Source: an uncultured Clostridia bacterium
GTDB lineage: Bacteria > UBA6262 > WVXT01
Direction: 5' to 3'
Length of the DNA: 64,000 bases
NCBI GenBank assembly: GCA_964403285.1
Contig: CAYOFG010000005.1
Span: 9,995-73,994 of the forward strand
The position numbers and the translations under genes are program-made. Within the stretch, counting starts at the first letter, position 1; every line of letters begins with the position of its first letter. The notes beneath the pieces are model-generated. The model was not told the origin of the DNA and did not search any database. It saw only the letters and a list, made by a program, of their open reading frames with translations. Of the stretch, positions 19,273-28,125 are shown piece after piece.

Positions 19273-20391
19273 GTGAAAGAGATAGTGAAAAAACTGTATC
19301 CAGAATCAGAACTGGAAAGGACATATAAGATTTTGATTGAGAATATGGGTGAAGGCTTGTGCGTTCTGGACAAGAATTTTTCACCGACATTTGTTAATCC
19401 TAAGTTCTGTGAGATTACAGGTTACGCCAAGGATGAACTTTTGGGTAAGTCTGCTTTAGAGCTTGTTGAAGGTAGAAGTAGAAAGATATTGAAAAAGGAA
19501 TTAGAAAAAAGGATTAAAGGCAAGTCGTCGCGTTATACCGTAAAGGTCAGGAAAAAAAATGGAGAAGAAGCATTCGTCTTGGTCAACGGGGTGCCTCGTT
19601 TTGACAAAAAAGGAAATTTTAATGGAACCATCGCCATTGTCTCCGATATTACGGAGAGAAAGAGACTGGAGAAGGAACTGGAAGAACGGACCACGGAACT
19701 GGAGAAAGAAGTAGAGAAGAGGACCCGCTTACTGGTTGATCTCTATAGAGGGGTTGCCGTTTCGGAGGAAAGGAGCAGATTGGCGCAGGAGATTCACGAT
19801 AGTTTAGCCCAGACTCTGGCCACTTCACTTTGGAAAACTGAGATGTGTGAGAAACTGGTGGGCGATAACCAGGTGCGGGCAAGGAAAGAACTGTCGGAAT
19901 TGAGAGAGATGCTGGCAAAAAGTGTTAAGTCGACCCGACACGTCATATTTGGATTGCAGTTCCCCAACTTTCACAGAGAGGGTTTTACTGCCGTACTCAA
20001 GCAGTATTTGCGGGAATTTCAGAGAAAGAGCGGGATTACGTGCGACTTGAGACTCAAACTGGAAAGGAGTCTCGCGGTAAAGACACAGGTAGGTATCTAC
20101 CAAATCATTCGGGAAGCAATGAACAATGTGAAAAAACACGCTATGGCGAAAAGAGTCGATTTGGTATTAAGAACCGACAGTAAGGGGAATCTCCATCTTA
20201 CCATAAAAGATGATGGGAAGGGATTCTGTTTGAAGGAAACTTTAGCCCGGAGCGAGTCCGCCAAGCATTTTGGACTGAAAGGGATGAGAGAGCAAGCGAG
20301 ACGATTGGGAGGGAATTTCATTGTGGAAACCGCAAAGGGGCAAGGGACAAGGATAAAGGTGAAAGTACCTCTCAAGACGCAAAATGAGTGA
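19273..20391 (+). CDS. cytoplasmic PAS-HisKA_3-HATPase histidine kinase (NarL/DegS-type); GTG start
   Basis: PAS region, coiled coil, then the H-box LAQEIHDSLAQTL typical of HisKA_3, then HATPase (DDGKGF, GLKGMRE). No cognate LuxR-type regulator is adjacent. Confidence 0.8.
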   Translation: MKEIVKKLYPESELERTYKILIENMGEGLCVLDKNFSPTFVNPKFCEITGYAKDELLGKSALELVEGRSRKILKKELEKRIKGKSSRYTVKVRKKNGEEAFVLVNGVPRFDKKGNFNGTIAIVSDITERKRLEKELEERTTELEKEVEKRTRLLVDLYRGVAVSEERSRLAQEIHDSLAQTLATSLWKTEMCEKLVGDNQVRARKELSELREMLAKSVKSTRHVIFGLQFPNFHREGFTAVLKQYLREFQRKSGITCDLRLKLERSLAVKTQVGIYQIIREAMNNVKKHAMAKRVDLVLRTDSKGNLHLTIKDDGKGFCLKETLARSESAKHFGLKGMREQARRLGGNFIVETAKGQGTRIKVKVPLKTQNE

Positions 20392-20463
20392 ACTTAAATT
20401 CTGACCAAAAATATTTCTACATGCTACCGAAGGATTAAGGAGATTTCTAAAAAGGGGGGAGAA

Positions 20464-20646
20464 ATGGCAAAATTAAAGTGCAATAAATGTGGTACAATAC
20501 AGGACATACCCATTCATTGCGGGCAACCGATGATAGTTACGGAAATTAATGAGAGAACAATGCTCGCCTGTCGCATGGGCGCTGCCTGTGGCGTCACAAA
20601 AGAACTCCCGAAACATTGTGGTCAGCCTATGGTCGTAGTTGAGTAA
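20464..20646 (+). CDS. small Cys-rich protein with internal duplication (CxxCG...HCGQPM x2)
   Basis: 60 aa. KCNKCGTIQDIPIHCGQPMIV and CRMGAACGVTKELPKHCGQPMVV are two half-repeats. A strong terminator follows the gene. Confidence 0.45.
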   Translation: MAKLKCNKCGTIQDIPIHCGQPMIVTEINERTMLACRMGAACGVTKELPKHCGQPMVVVE

Positions 20647-20690
20647 GGCTAAATTTGCACCAGTAAGTTCCATACTGGCGTAAATTTCGG

Positions 20691-20726
20691 AAAAGCCCTC
20701 GTATTTGATACGAGGGCTTTTTTCTT
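20691..20726 (+). terminator. rho-independent terminator
   Basis: AAAGCCCTCGTAT-ttga-TACGAGGGCTTT followed by TTTTCTTTT. Confidence 0.75.
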
Positions 20727-20923
20727 TTGGGGTTAGTGAATTTTTATTTTCCTTGCTTTTTGCAAGAAGTGTAGATACAATATTTTCACAATTTCGCATG
20801 ATTCCAAAGGTACCGCATATAGTGCTACAATTTCAAATATTTCTTTTTGGGGCGGGAATAGCAGGTGAAATCCCTGTCCTAAACCTTCCAGAATATGGTC
20901 CATAAACCAGTAATTCCAATATT

Positions 20924-21892
20924 CTAAAATTTAACTTGTAGTTGAGTCATGAACAAATCGTTTCGTATACTCGGGGTTTCCATTTTTTGTTCGTAATTAT
21001 TTCTGAAGAGAACATTTTTATCAATGAAATAGTTCACTCCCCAGGTCCACCTGCTATTTTCATTATTTGATACATTTATATCTGGATCCAGAGAATCGTA
21101 TCTTAGTAATATGACTACAGATGGGATTAAGGTATATCCTGCAGTGACATAATATCCTTCCTGCTTTGTTGTTTCATCAATACCTGTAATGTATTCTGCT
21201 TTACACATAAATTTTTCAAATTCATATTTCATTTCGAAACCCGTTCGGTTCTTTGTAATACTGTTGGCACGAACGGAGCCATCATAAATTGAAGCCCCGA
21301 CACTAAGGCCGACTATGGGTAGGAATAATATTCTGCCTACGACTGTTTTTTGAGAATTTTCCTCTGCCTGATTCGAACCACTCCCGTTAAGAATTGCAAC
21401 AAAAACATTTGATTTTATGGATTTCAAAGAAAAACTTCTGGAGAGTTCAATACCGATATCTCTTGTGGGCTTTACAGAGTTATTTACAATATCCGATTTA
21501 TCTATAAATTCTAAATCAGCGTCTGGGGTACACTGTTCAAGTGAAAACTTGTATTTAAACTGTCCAACACGTAATATAAAATATTTGATTGATTTGACGT
21601 CAAAATAAGTATCATAAATTAACTTATTATTAATAGTATCAGTATTACTACCTTCAAGTGAGAAACAATATGAAATATTTTTTGATATATTCCCAATAAT
21701 CCCAAACCTCGATTGAGCAATACCAAAGCCGTCTTTTGCTCCTTCCGTAGTATCTGCAGTATATCTGACCCTGGCAAAACCGGCAAAACTAATTTTAGGA
21801 AAATCGGAATCTGCACTTGTTAATACCTGCATTGAAAATGCGGTCTTTACTGAAAAGAATAATACAATGCAAAGCAAGAAGTATTTTTTCAT
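20924..21892 (-). CDS. outer-membrane beta-barrel porin (phosphate-selective porin O/P-like, putative)
   Basis: Signal peptide MKKYFLLCIVLFFSVKTAFS, alternating amphipathic strands, and a C-terminal ...QLQVKF ending in an aromatic residue. Confidence 0.5.
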   Translation of the reverse strand: MKKYFLLCIVLFFSVKTAFSMQVLTSADSDFPKISFAGFARVRYTADTTEGAKDGFGIAQSRFGIIGNISKNISYCFSLEGSNTDTINNKLIYDTYFDVKSIKYFILRVGQFKYKFSLEQCTPDADLEFIDKSDIVNNSVKPTRDIGIELSRSFSLKSIKSNVFVAILNGSGSNQAEENSQKTVVGRILFLPIVGLSVGASIYDGSVRANSITKNRTGFEMKYEFEKFMCKAEYITGIDETTKQEGYYVTAGYTLIPSVVILLRYDSLDPDINVSNNENSRWTWGVNYFIDKNVLFRNNYEQKMETPSIRNDLFMTQLQVKF

Positions 21893-21921
21893 ATTATCTC
21901 CTTTTGAATTTATTTTTTGGC

Positions 21922-22743
21922 TTATTTAAATACATCAGGAAAAAACAAGGGCTCACCAAATTTCTCAACCCCATAATTTTTGATAATGTTTTGTCCCTCA
22001 GTGCTTCTAAGAAATTCAGCAAAATTTTTTGCTAAATCATATTTTACCCAGGGAAATTTGGATGGGGAAACCACAATTACAGAATAAGGGTTGTAAAGTT
22101 CAGGGTCATCATTAACAAGTAAATCAAGTGTATCAATCTCTTTTTTGTGTGACAACCACGTAGCCCTATCGCATAATGAATATGCAACTTTTTCATTTGC
22201 AATTCGCAATGTAACTTCCATACCAGAGCCACTTTCAATATACCAAGTGGAGGAAGGCTTCATACTTAGCTTTTCCCATAAATAAAGTTCCTTTTTATGT
22301 GTACCTGAATCATCACCTCGTGAAATAAATATGGATTTCGTTTCATATATTCTTTTTAATGCTTCTAAAGATTTAAGTCCTTTTATTCCTGCCGGGTCAT
22401 TTTTAGGGCCGATAATAAAAAAATCATTATGCATTATATCAAGCCTTTTTACCCCATAACCCTCAGCTACAAATTGCTCCTCGGATTTTCTGTCATGAAC
22501 AAGAATTACATCTGCATTACCATCTTTGGCAAGGCGCATTGCCTGTCCTGTTCCCACGGCAATTATTTTCACTTTACAATTGTATTTCTTTTCAAAGGGT
22601 GGTATCAAGACATCAAATAATCCTGAATCTAATGTTGAGGTAGTTGAAGCAAGTATCAGGCTCTTTTGGGCACTCACTTCAGAACTAAATCCAACAACCA
22701 ATAAAACAATTCCAAGAAAAAGGGGACAGGCTACTTTTTTCAT
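21922..22743 (-). CDS. periplasmic substrate-binding protein, TupA/WtpA-like (tungstate/molybdate-type PBP)
   Basis: Signal peptide, then ASTTSTLDSGLFD and RGDDSGTH motifs resembling TupA-family oxyanion-binding proteins. No permease or ATPase is adjacent. Confidence 0.45.
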   Translation of the reverse strand: MKKVACPLFLGIVLLVVGFSSEVSAQKSLILASTTSTLDSGLFDVLIPPFEKKYNCKVKIIAVGTGQAMRLAKDGNADVILVHDRKSEEQFVAEGYGVKRLDIMHNDFFIIGPKNDPAGIKGLKSLEALKRIYETKSIFISRGDDSGTHKKELYLWEKLSMKPSSTWYIESGSGMEVTLRIANEKVAYSLCDRATWLSHKKEIDTLDLLVNDDPELYNPYSVIVVSPSKFPWVKYDLAKNFAEFLRSTEGQNIIKNYGVEKFGEPLFFPDVFK

Positions 22744-23134
22744 TATTCACCTCAAAAATAAAAAATCCAGCATTCCGCACTTGCAAAATACTGGACTTCG
22801 TTTCTCCTTCTCAAGCACGGAAAGCGCACCGATTTCTCAATGCACTCTATCGGCCATCAACCATATCTTTTGGACTTAGGCAAAGTGGCTCGGAGAATAT
22901 TTTTATAGCATAGTATAAAAATTATACTTTTTTGTCAAGTAAAAAAGAGATAGATGTTATCCAAAGGCTTTACCCACCCAGATTCTCGTTCTGGGAATCT
23001 TAACTTACCGGCAACCTCTGTTCGCTTCTGGTCATTTAGAAGTGAAAGCTTGACGAATTCTTATTTTCCTTGATTTTTATAGGAGGTTTAGATATAATAC
23101 TTTTGGTATTCTGGATAGTTCTAAGGTTGTGGAT

Positions 23135-23480
23135 GGCTCCTGTCGGCGGCGTACCACAATAGAACATACGCAACATACTTAACAACGATAATTTTCATTG
23201 TTCAAGCTAAAATTCCAAGGCTCAACAAGAATCCAAACGCATATTCAGGCATTACAAGACAGCCGGGCTATTGCTATAATATGCTTAAGAGAAGGAGGCA
23301 GTTACTAAAGAGAGGGTATAGATTTGACCGAAAAACGAGGGAGTGGGTAAAGAAATAACATAATAGCAGGTAATAGTAATAAGGATTCTTTGAAACTGCC
23401 TTACAGATTAGGGCGGTTTTTTATTGCCCTCTGTGGCAGATTTTGCTATAGTAGATCACACCGAAAGACAGGAAAGATTT
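23135..23480 (+). repeat. about 350-bp direct repeat, copy 1 (3' gene fragment plus terminator)
   Basis: Matches 27403-27748 at roughly 80% identity. It includes an in-frame remnant ...[30 protein letters not shown] corresponding to the C-terminus of ORF 27276-27626. No intact ORF lies upstream of the remnant. Confidence 0.7.
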
Positions 23481-23682
23481 GGCAGGTAAATTAGAGTTTA
23501 GAGTATAAATAGACAAATAAAAACGGACAAAGCGATTGATATGAAAAAAGGAAATACTCAAGAAAAGGTGGAAGAATAGCAATAGGAGTATTTAATCGGT
23601 GGTAGTCCACAGGCTCTGCATTAAGACTTTGTGTTGATCGATGGCTGGGCTATAGGATGACTATGGAGAGGAGATTCAATCT

Positions 23683-26232
23683 GTGAAGGAACATCAACTG
23701 CAAAATTTAGATTTTGACTTTGTCAACTGTACTCAAGAAACACTTTTTGAGAAGATGGGAACTTCCCAGAAAGGCCTTACCGATGAAGAAGCCAAAAAGC
23801 GTCTTTCAGAATATGGCTTTAATGAGCCAGCTAAAAAGAAAAAAAGGACAATCCTTTTCCAAATCCTTTCAAAATTCCTTAGTCCTCTGGTTATAGTTCT
23901 TTTAGTCATCGGAGTATTTTCCTTATTTTTTGGGGAAAAGGTAAGCGCGATTCTGGTTATGTTGATGGCGCTTATCAGCGTCCTATTGTCTTTTGTGCAG
24001 GAATACCGCGCGGGCAGGGAAGCCGAGAAACTCAGCGAAATGGTCCGCTCCACAGCCACGGTTTACCGCAATGGCAAAGCCAGAGAGATAAAAATTAAGG
24101 AGATTGTCCCCGGAGACATAGTGGATTTGTTTGCCGGAGATATGATACCTGCGGACCTACGCATAATCTTCTGTAAGGATCTATTTGTTAACCAGGCGTC
24201 ATTAACGGGAGAGTCATTTCCTGTGGAAAAGAGTTCGAACCTCATAGAATCAAAGAGTAGTTCTCCAGCAGCTTTAACCAACATTGCTTTTATGGGCTCA
24301 AGTGTGGTAAGCGGAACAGGCTTAGGCGTGGTTATAAAAAGCGGACTTGCTACTCAATTCGGTGAGCTTTCTCGAAAACTTGCCACTATACCGATTGAGA
24401 CTGGTTTTGATAGAGGCGTACGCAGTTTTACCTGGCTTATGATTCGTTCTATGCTGGTTTTGGTTGCGGTTATCTTTGCCATAAACGCCCTATCAAAAGG
24501 CAATCCCATTCAGGCGTTTCTTTTTTCGCTGGCAGTTGCCGTAGGGCTTACGCCCGAGATGCTTCCCATGTTAGTGGCTATAAATCTTTCCAAGGGCGCG
24601 CTTGCGATGTCAAAGAAAGAAGTTATTGTAAAACGCCTAAATTCTATACAGAATTTCGGTGCAATGGATATTTTATGCACCGATAAAACAGGCACTCTTA
24701 CTTTGGATAAGATTATTTTGGAAAAACACTGCGATGTGGTACGAAATGACGACGAGGATGTGTTAAGGCTTGCCTATATTAACAGTTTTTACCAGACAGG
24801 ACTTAAGAATATTTTGGATAGGGCTATTTTAAGACATGAAAAACTGCTGGTTAAGGAGCATAAAAAGGTGGATGAAATACCTTTTGATTTCTCCAGAAAA
24901 ATAATGTCTGTGATAATTGAAATGAATGGAAAACACAAGCTCATTGCTAAAGGTGCACCAGAGGAAATTTTTAAGAGATGTACAAAATATGAATTAGATG
25001 GCGAAATATTGGATATGGAACAACTAATCCTGACAGACCTAAAAGAAGAACATGACCGATTAAGCATGGAAGGCTTTAGAGTCCTTGCTCTTGCCTATAA
25101 AGATATAGAAGACAAAAAAGAAAAATATACAAAAGAGGATGAAGAAAATTTGGTTCTTAAGGGCTATATTGCATTCTTAGACCCACCAAAACCCACAGCC
25201 AGAAAAACTATTGAAGTGCTAAAGAATTTGGGGATAGAATTTAAGGTCTTAACTGGTGATAATGAATTGGTGACAAAAAAGATATGCAGCGAAGTCAGTA
25301 TCGACGTCAAAGAATTAGTTACTGGTGAACAAGTTGAAAAACTGGATGATAAACAACTTCAGGAATTGGTAAAGACCGCTTCTGTTTTTGCCAGGCTTTT
25401 GCCTTTGCAGAAAGAAAGGATAATCCGCGCTCTTCATAAAAATAAACATATCGTAGGTTATTTGGGAGACGGCATCAATGACGCTCCTGCTTTGAAAGCC
25501 GCAGACGTCGGTATTTCAGTCAATAATGCGGTAGATATCGCCAAAGAGTCTGCAGATATAATTCTTTTAAAGAAAAGTCTTATGGTGCTTGCCGACGGGG
25601 TTACCGAAGGAAGAAAGACTTTCGGAAACATCCTTAAATATATCAAAATGGGTTCAAGCTCAAATTTCGGCAATATGTTTAGTATGACCGGAGCAAGCCT
25701 CTTTTTACCATTCCTGCCAATGCTACCCATACAGATACTATTGAACAATTTTCTCTATGATTTATCGCAGGTATCTATTCCTTCGGATGAAGTAGATAAA
25801 GAATACCTTTTAAAATCGCGGCCTTGGAATGTAAGATATATCAAAAAATTTATGCTTTTTATCGGCCCTATCAGCTCAATTTTTGACTTTGTGACCTTTG
25901 GAGTATTGCTATTTATTTTTCATGCCTCAGTAGCACTTTTTCGTACGGCTTGGTTCCTGGAATCCCTTTGCACACAGACATTGGTTATACATATCATCCG
26001 CACCGGCAAACTCCCCTTTCTTGAAAGTAAGCCCAGCCAGTTTCTGATGTTTACCTCTATCTATATAGTTACGATAGGACTGTTTATTCCGTTTACCCCT
26101 TTGGGAAAATATTTTGGTTTTGTCCAACCGCCGCCCGCATATTTTGTGGCGCTTGTTCTCATTGTGGCAGTTTATTTGTTAATGGTGCAGTTTGCAAAAA
26201 GATGGTTTATAAAAAAATACGGCTATGAATGA
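23683..26232 (+). CDS. mgtA: P-type cation-transporting ATPase, MgtA-like (P3B-type, Mg2+ import)
   Basis: 849 aa. Contains TGESFPVEK, DKTGTLT and GDGINDAPALKAADVGISV, ten predicted TM segments, and a cytoplasmic N-terminal extension typical of MgtA-type pumps. Confidence 0.7.
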   Translation: MKEHQLQNLDFDFVNCTQETLFEKMGTSQKGLTDEEAKKRLSEYGFNEPAKKKKRTILFQILSKFLSPLVIVLLVIGVFSLFFGEKVSAILVMLMALISVLLSFVQEYRAGREAEKLSEMVRSTATVYRNGKAREIKIKEIVPGDIVDLFAGDMIPADLRIIFCKDLFVNQASLTGESFPVEKSSNLIESKSSSPAALTNIAFMGSSVVSGTGLGVVIKSGLATQFGELSRKLATIPIETGFDRGVRSFTWLMIRSMLVLVAVIFAINALSKGNPIQAFLFSLAVAVGLTPEMLPMLVAINLSKGALAMSKKEVIVKRLNSIQNFGAMDILCTDKTGTLTLDKIILEKHCDVVRNDDEDVLRLAYINSFYQTGLKNILDRAILRHEKLLVKEHKKVDEIPFDFSRKIMSVIIEMNGKHKLIAKGAPEEIFKRCTKYELDGEILDMEQLILTDLKEEHDRLSMEGFRVLALAYKDIEDKKEKYTKEDEENLVLKGYIAFLDPPKPTARKTIEVLKNLGIEFKVLTGDNELVTKKICSEVSIDVKELVTGEQVEKLDDKQLQELVKTASVFARLLPLQKERIIRALHKNKHIVGYLGDGINDAPALKAADVGISVNNAVDIAKESADIILLKKSLMVLADGVTEGRKTFGNILKYIKMGSSSNFGNMFSMTGASLFLPFLPMLPIQILLNNFLYDLSQVSIPSDEVDKEYLLKSRPWNVRYIKKFMLFIGPISSIFDFVTFGVLLFIFHASVALFRTAWFLESLCTQTLVIHIIRTGKLPFLESKPSQFLMFTSIYIVTIGLFIPFTPLGKYFGFVQPPPAYFVALVLIVAVYLLMVQFAKRWFIKKYGYE

Positions 26233-26351
26233 AAATAGAGAATTTATTTCGCTTGATTTTTGCAAAAATTCAGAATATAATATATTCGTTACTGTAACGA
26301 AAAAGGGAAAATATGAGCTTGTTTTCGTTATGATAACTAAAAGGACAATAA

Positions 26352-26723
26352 ATGGGAGAATTTAAAAAGCATTTAGAAATTGCAAAAGAGAAATTGAAGG
26401 CAGTAGCAGCTGCGTACAAAAGTAAGCAGCACACGGTAGTAGGGGACCTCGCTACTAAGGTAGTAGAGCAATTGGTAGAAGCGGATGCTGGAAGGTTCAA
26501 TGAACATTTTGGTACTCACAGTGAAAGGCACGAATATTCCAATAAGACCTTTCCTGCTGAAATTAATAAGGCCATGAGAAAGGTATGGTTTGCGTATGGA
26601 GACTTGGGCTATGATGGAGTTGATGGAAAAAGAGCAAAATCTGTTATTATTAATTTGAATAAAATAATAGAATATTTTGCACAGAGGTTTGGTGAGAAAA
26701 TTGAACGCAAAATTAATGTATAA
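26352..26723 (+). CDS. small helical protein, possible partner of the downstream nucleotidyltransferase (HI0074/HEPN-like?)
   Basis: 123 aa, predicted all-helical. It overlaps the downstream NTase gene. No clean Rx4-6H HEPN motif is present. Confidence 0.3.
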   Translation: MGEFKKHLEIAKEKLKAVAAAYKSKQHTVVGDLATKVVEQLVEADAGRFNEHFGTHSERHEYSNKTFPAEINKAMRKVWFAYGDLGYDGVDGKRAKSVIINLNKIIEYFAQRFGEKIERKINV

Positions 26724-27285
26724 GAATATAGTGAAGCAACTGTCCGTAATAAGCGATGTAAAAGCAACAATAGTATACGGCAGCTTTGCAAGGGGTGACT
26801 ATGGACCCAAATCGGATATAGACCTATTTATAATAACCACTAAACCAGAAACCACGCAACAAATACAGGATAGGGTTATTGAACTGGAATCAAAAATAGG
26901 CAGGGGTATTCAGCCGACAATAAGGACAGAGAAAGAGCTAAAAAAGACAGACACAGGTCTGCTTCAGAATGTGTTTCAGGAAGGCAAAATCGTTTATCTA
27001 AGCGAGCCATTGGATATCTCTGTAAACTCCCTTCTCAAACAGAGACCCTATGTAATATACACATTTCAGTTGAATAATTTGAGTCAAAAAGATAAAGCAA
27101 GGTTTAATAGAGAATTATATGAAAGAACACACGAGAAATATGCATATAGAGGATTCCTTCAAGAAATCGGAGGAGAGAAGCTATCCAGTGGATGTGTGTT
27201 GATACCTTATAATAGAAAGAAAAGGATAGAAAAATTTTTTAAGAAATTTAAAGTCAAATATAGAAAATTGAAAATATGGAGATAA
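26677..27285 (+). CDS. nucleotidyltransferase-fold protein (MNT-like)
   Basis: YGSFARGDYGPKSDIDLFII matches the GSx(9-13)DxD polymerase-beta NTase motif. The true start is probably the internal MYKNIV. Confidence 0.6.
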   Translation: MHRGLVRKLNAKLMYKNIVKQLSVISDVKATIVYGSFARGDYGPKSDIDLFIITTKPETTQQIQDRVIELESKIGRGIQPTIRTEKELKKTDTGLLQNVFQEGKIVYLSEPLDISVNSLLKQRPYVIYTFQLNNLSQKDKARFNRELYERTHEKYAYRGFLQEIGGEKLSSGCVLIPYNRKKRIEKFFKKFKVKYRKLKIWR

Positions 27286-27626
27286 TTAAATATTCTAAGA
27301 GGGTATTCTCTGGTAAGGACTTGCAAAAACTCAGCAAATATGATAAAAATAATCTGGAACTAGATATTCACATACCTGGGCAAAATGATTCCCATGGGTG
27401 TGCATGTTATCTGGCGGCGTACCACCATACAACATACACAAACCACATAGGAACAGTAATTTTCATTGTCCAGAGCATGATTTCAAGGCTAAATAAGAAT
27501 CCGAATGCGTGCTCAGGCCGTTCAAAACAGCCAGGCTATCGCTATGGGATGGTCAAAAGAAGAAGGCAGTTACTAAGGAAAGGTTATAGATTTGACCGAA
27601 AAACGAGGGAATGGGTAAAGAGATGA
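27276..27626 (+). CDS. hypothetical protein (its 3' end is duplicated at 23.1-23.35 kb)
   Basis: 116 aa with a basic C-terminus. Its start overlaps the stop of the upstream NTase gene. Confidence 0.4.
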   Translation: MEIIKYSKRVFSGKDLQKLSKYDKNNLELDIHIPGQNDSHGCACYLAAYHHTTYTNHIGTVIFIVQSMISRLNKNPNACSGRSKQPGYRYGMVKRRRQLLRKGYRFDRKTREWVKR

Positions 27627-27661
27627 TGTAATATCAGGTAATATTAATAAGGATTCTTTGA

Positions 27662-27691
27662 AACCGTCTTACCAAGGTGAGGCGGTTTTTT
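27662..27691 (+). terminator. rho-independent terminator
   Basis: AACCGTCTTACC-aa-GGTGAGGCGGTT (using G-U pairs) followed by TTTTTT. Confidence 0.6.
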
Positions 27692-27759
27692 ATTGCCTTT
27701 TCAAAATGTTTTTGCTATATTGACAGTAAGAAAAGGGACTGGAAAGGTTTATCGACCAT

Positions 27760-27832
27760 GGGGCAGTAGTTCGGTTGGGAGAACGCATCCCTCTCACGGA
27801 TGAGGTCAGTGGTTCGAATTCCCTCTGCTCCA
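27760..27832 (+). tRNA. tRNA-Glu (anticodon CUC)
   Basis: Acceptor stem GGGGCAG/CTGCTCC, D-stem GTTC/GAAC, anticodon stem CATCC/GGATG with loop CUCUCAC, T-loop TTCGAAT. There is one mismatch in the T-stem and no encoded CCA. Confidence 0.6.
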
Positions 27833-27941
27833 GAGCCGATGAACGTACGCGACGATTTATTAGAATTTTAGATTTGTCAAGGGGAGCTTTAAGTTAGAAC
27901 TGGTTTTTTTGTTAATGTTGTTGTTTAGTATTTCTTAAGCG

Positions 27942-28022
27942 ATGGATATTCTTCTTATAGCTATAATGCTTGGGTTGATTGCAGTTTCTTTTGCATTCAT
28001 TGCTTTATGTAATAAAGTCTAG
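27942..28022 (+). CDS. 26-aa hydrophobic peptide upstream of kdpF (MDILLIAIMLGLIAVSFAFIALCNKV)
   Basis: Single-TM micropeptide ORF 10 nt upstream of kdpF. This could equally be chance. Confidence 0.25.
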   Translation: MDILLIAIMLGLIAVSFAFIALCNKV

Positions 28023-28032
28023 GAGATAATCT

Positions 28033-28125
28033 ATGCATGTGATTTATTGGATAGGCGGTATTATTTCATTGCTTTTGTTTATTTATCTTCTCATAGCTCT
28101 TCTCAAACCGGAGATTTTTAAATGA
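28033..28125 (+). CDS. kdpF: K+-transporting ATPase subunit F
   Basis: [30 protein letters not shown]. The PExF-type C-terminus and single TM are typical of KdpF. Its stop overlaps the kdpA ATG (ATGA). Confidence 0.6.
   Translation: MHVIYWIGGIISLLLFIYLLIALLKPEIFK

Noticed and set aside
22744-22830. hairpin plus U-run immediately upstream of the TupA-like gene's RBS, as a possible riboswitch expression platform (Moco/tungstate)
   Set aside because: Only a weak 5-bp stem, and no recognisable aptamer upstream. More likely part of the 23-mer repeat motif described above.
23440-23680. possible Mg2+ (M-box) riboswitch in the mgtA leader
   Set aside because: I could not find the conserved M-box core blocks. 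It remains unverified rather than excluded, and would need a covariance-model scan.
27833-28030. possible c-di-AMP (ydaO/kimA-type) riboswitch ahead of kdpFABC
   Set aside because: No recognisable conserved blocks. Only an AT-rich leader and a micropeptide ORF are visible.
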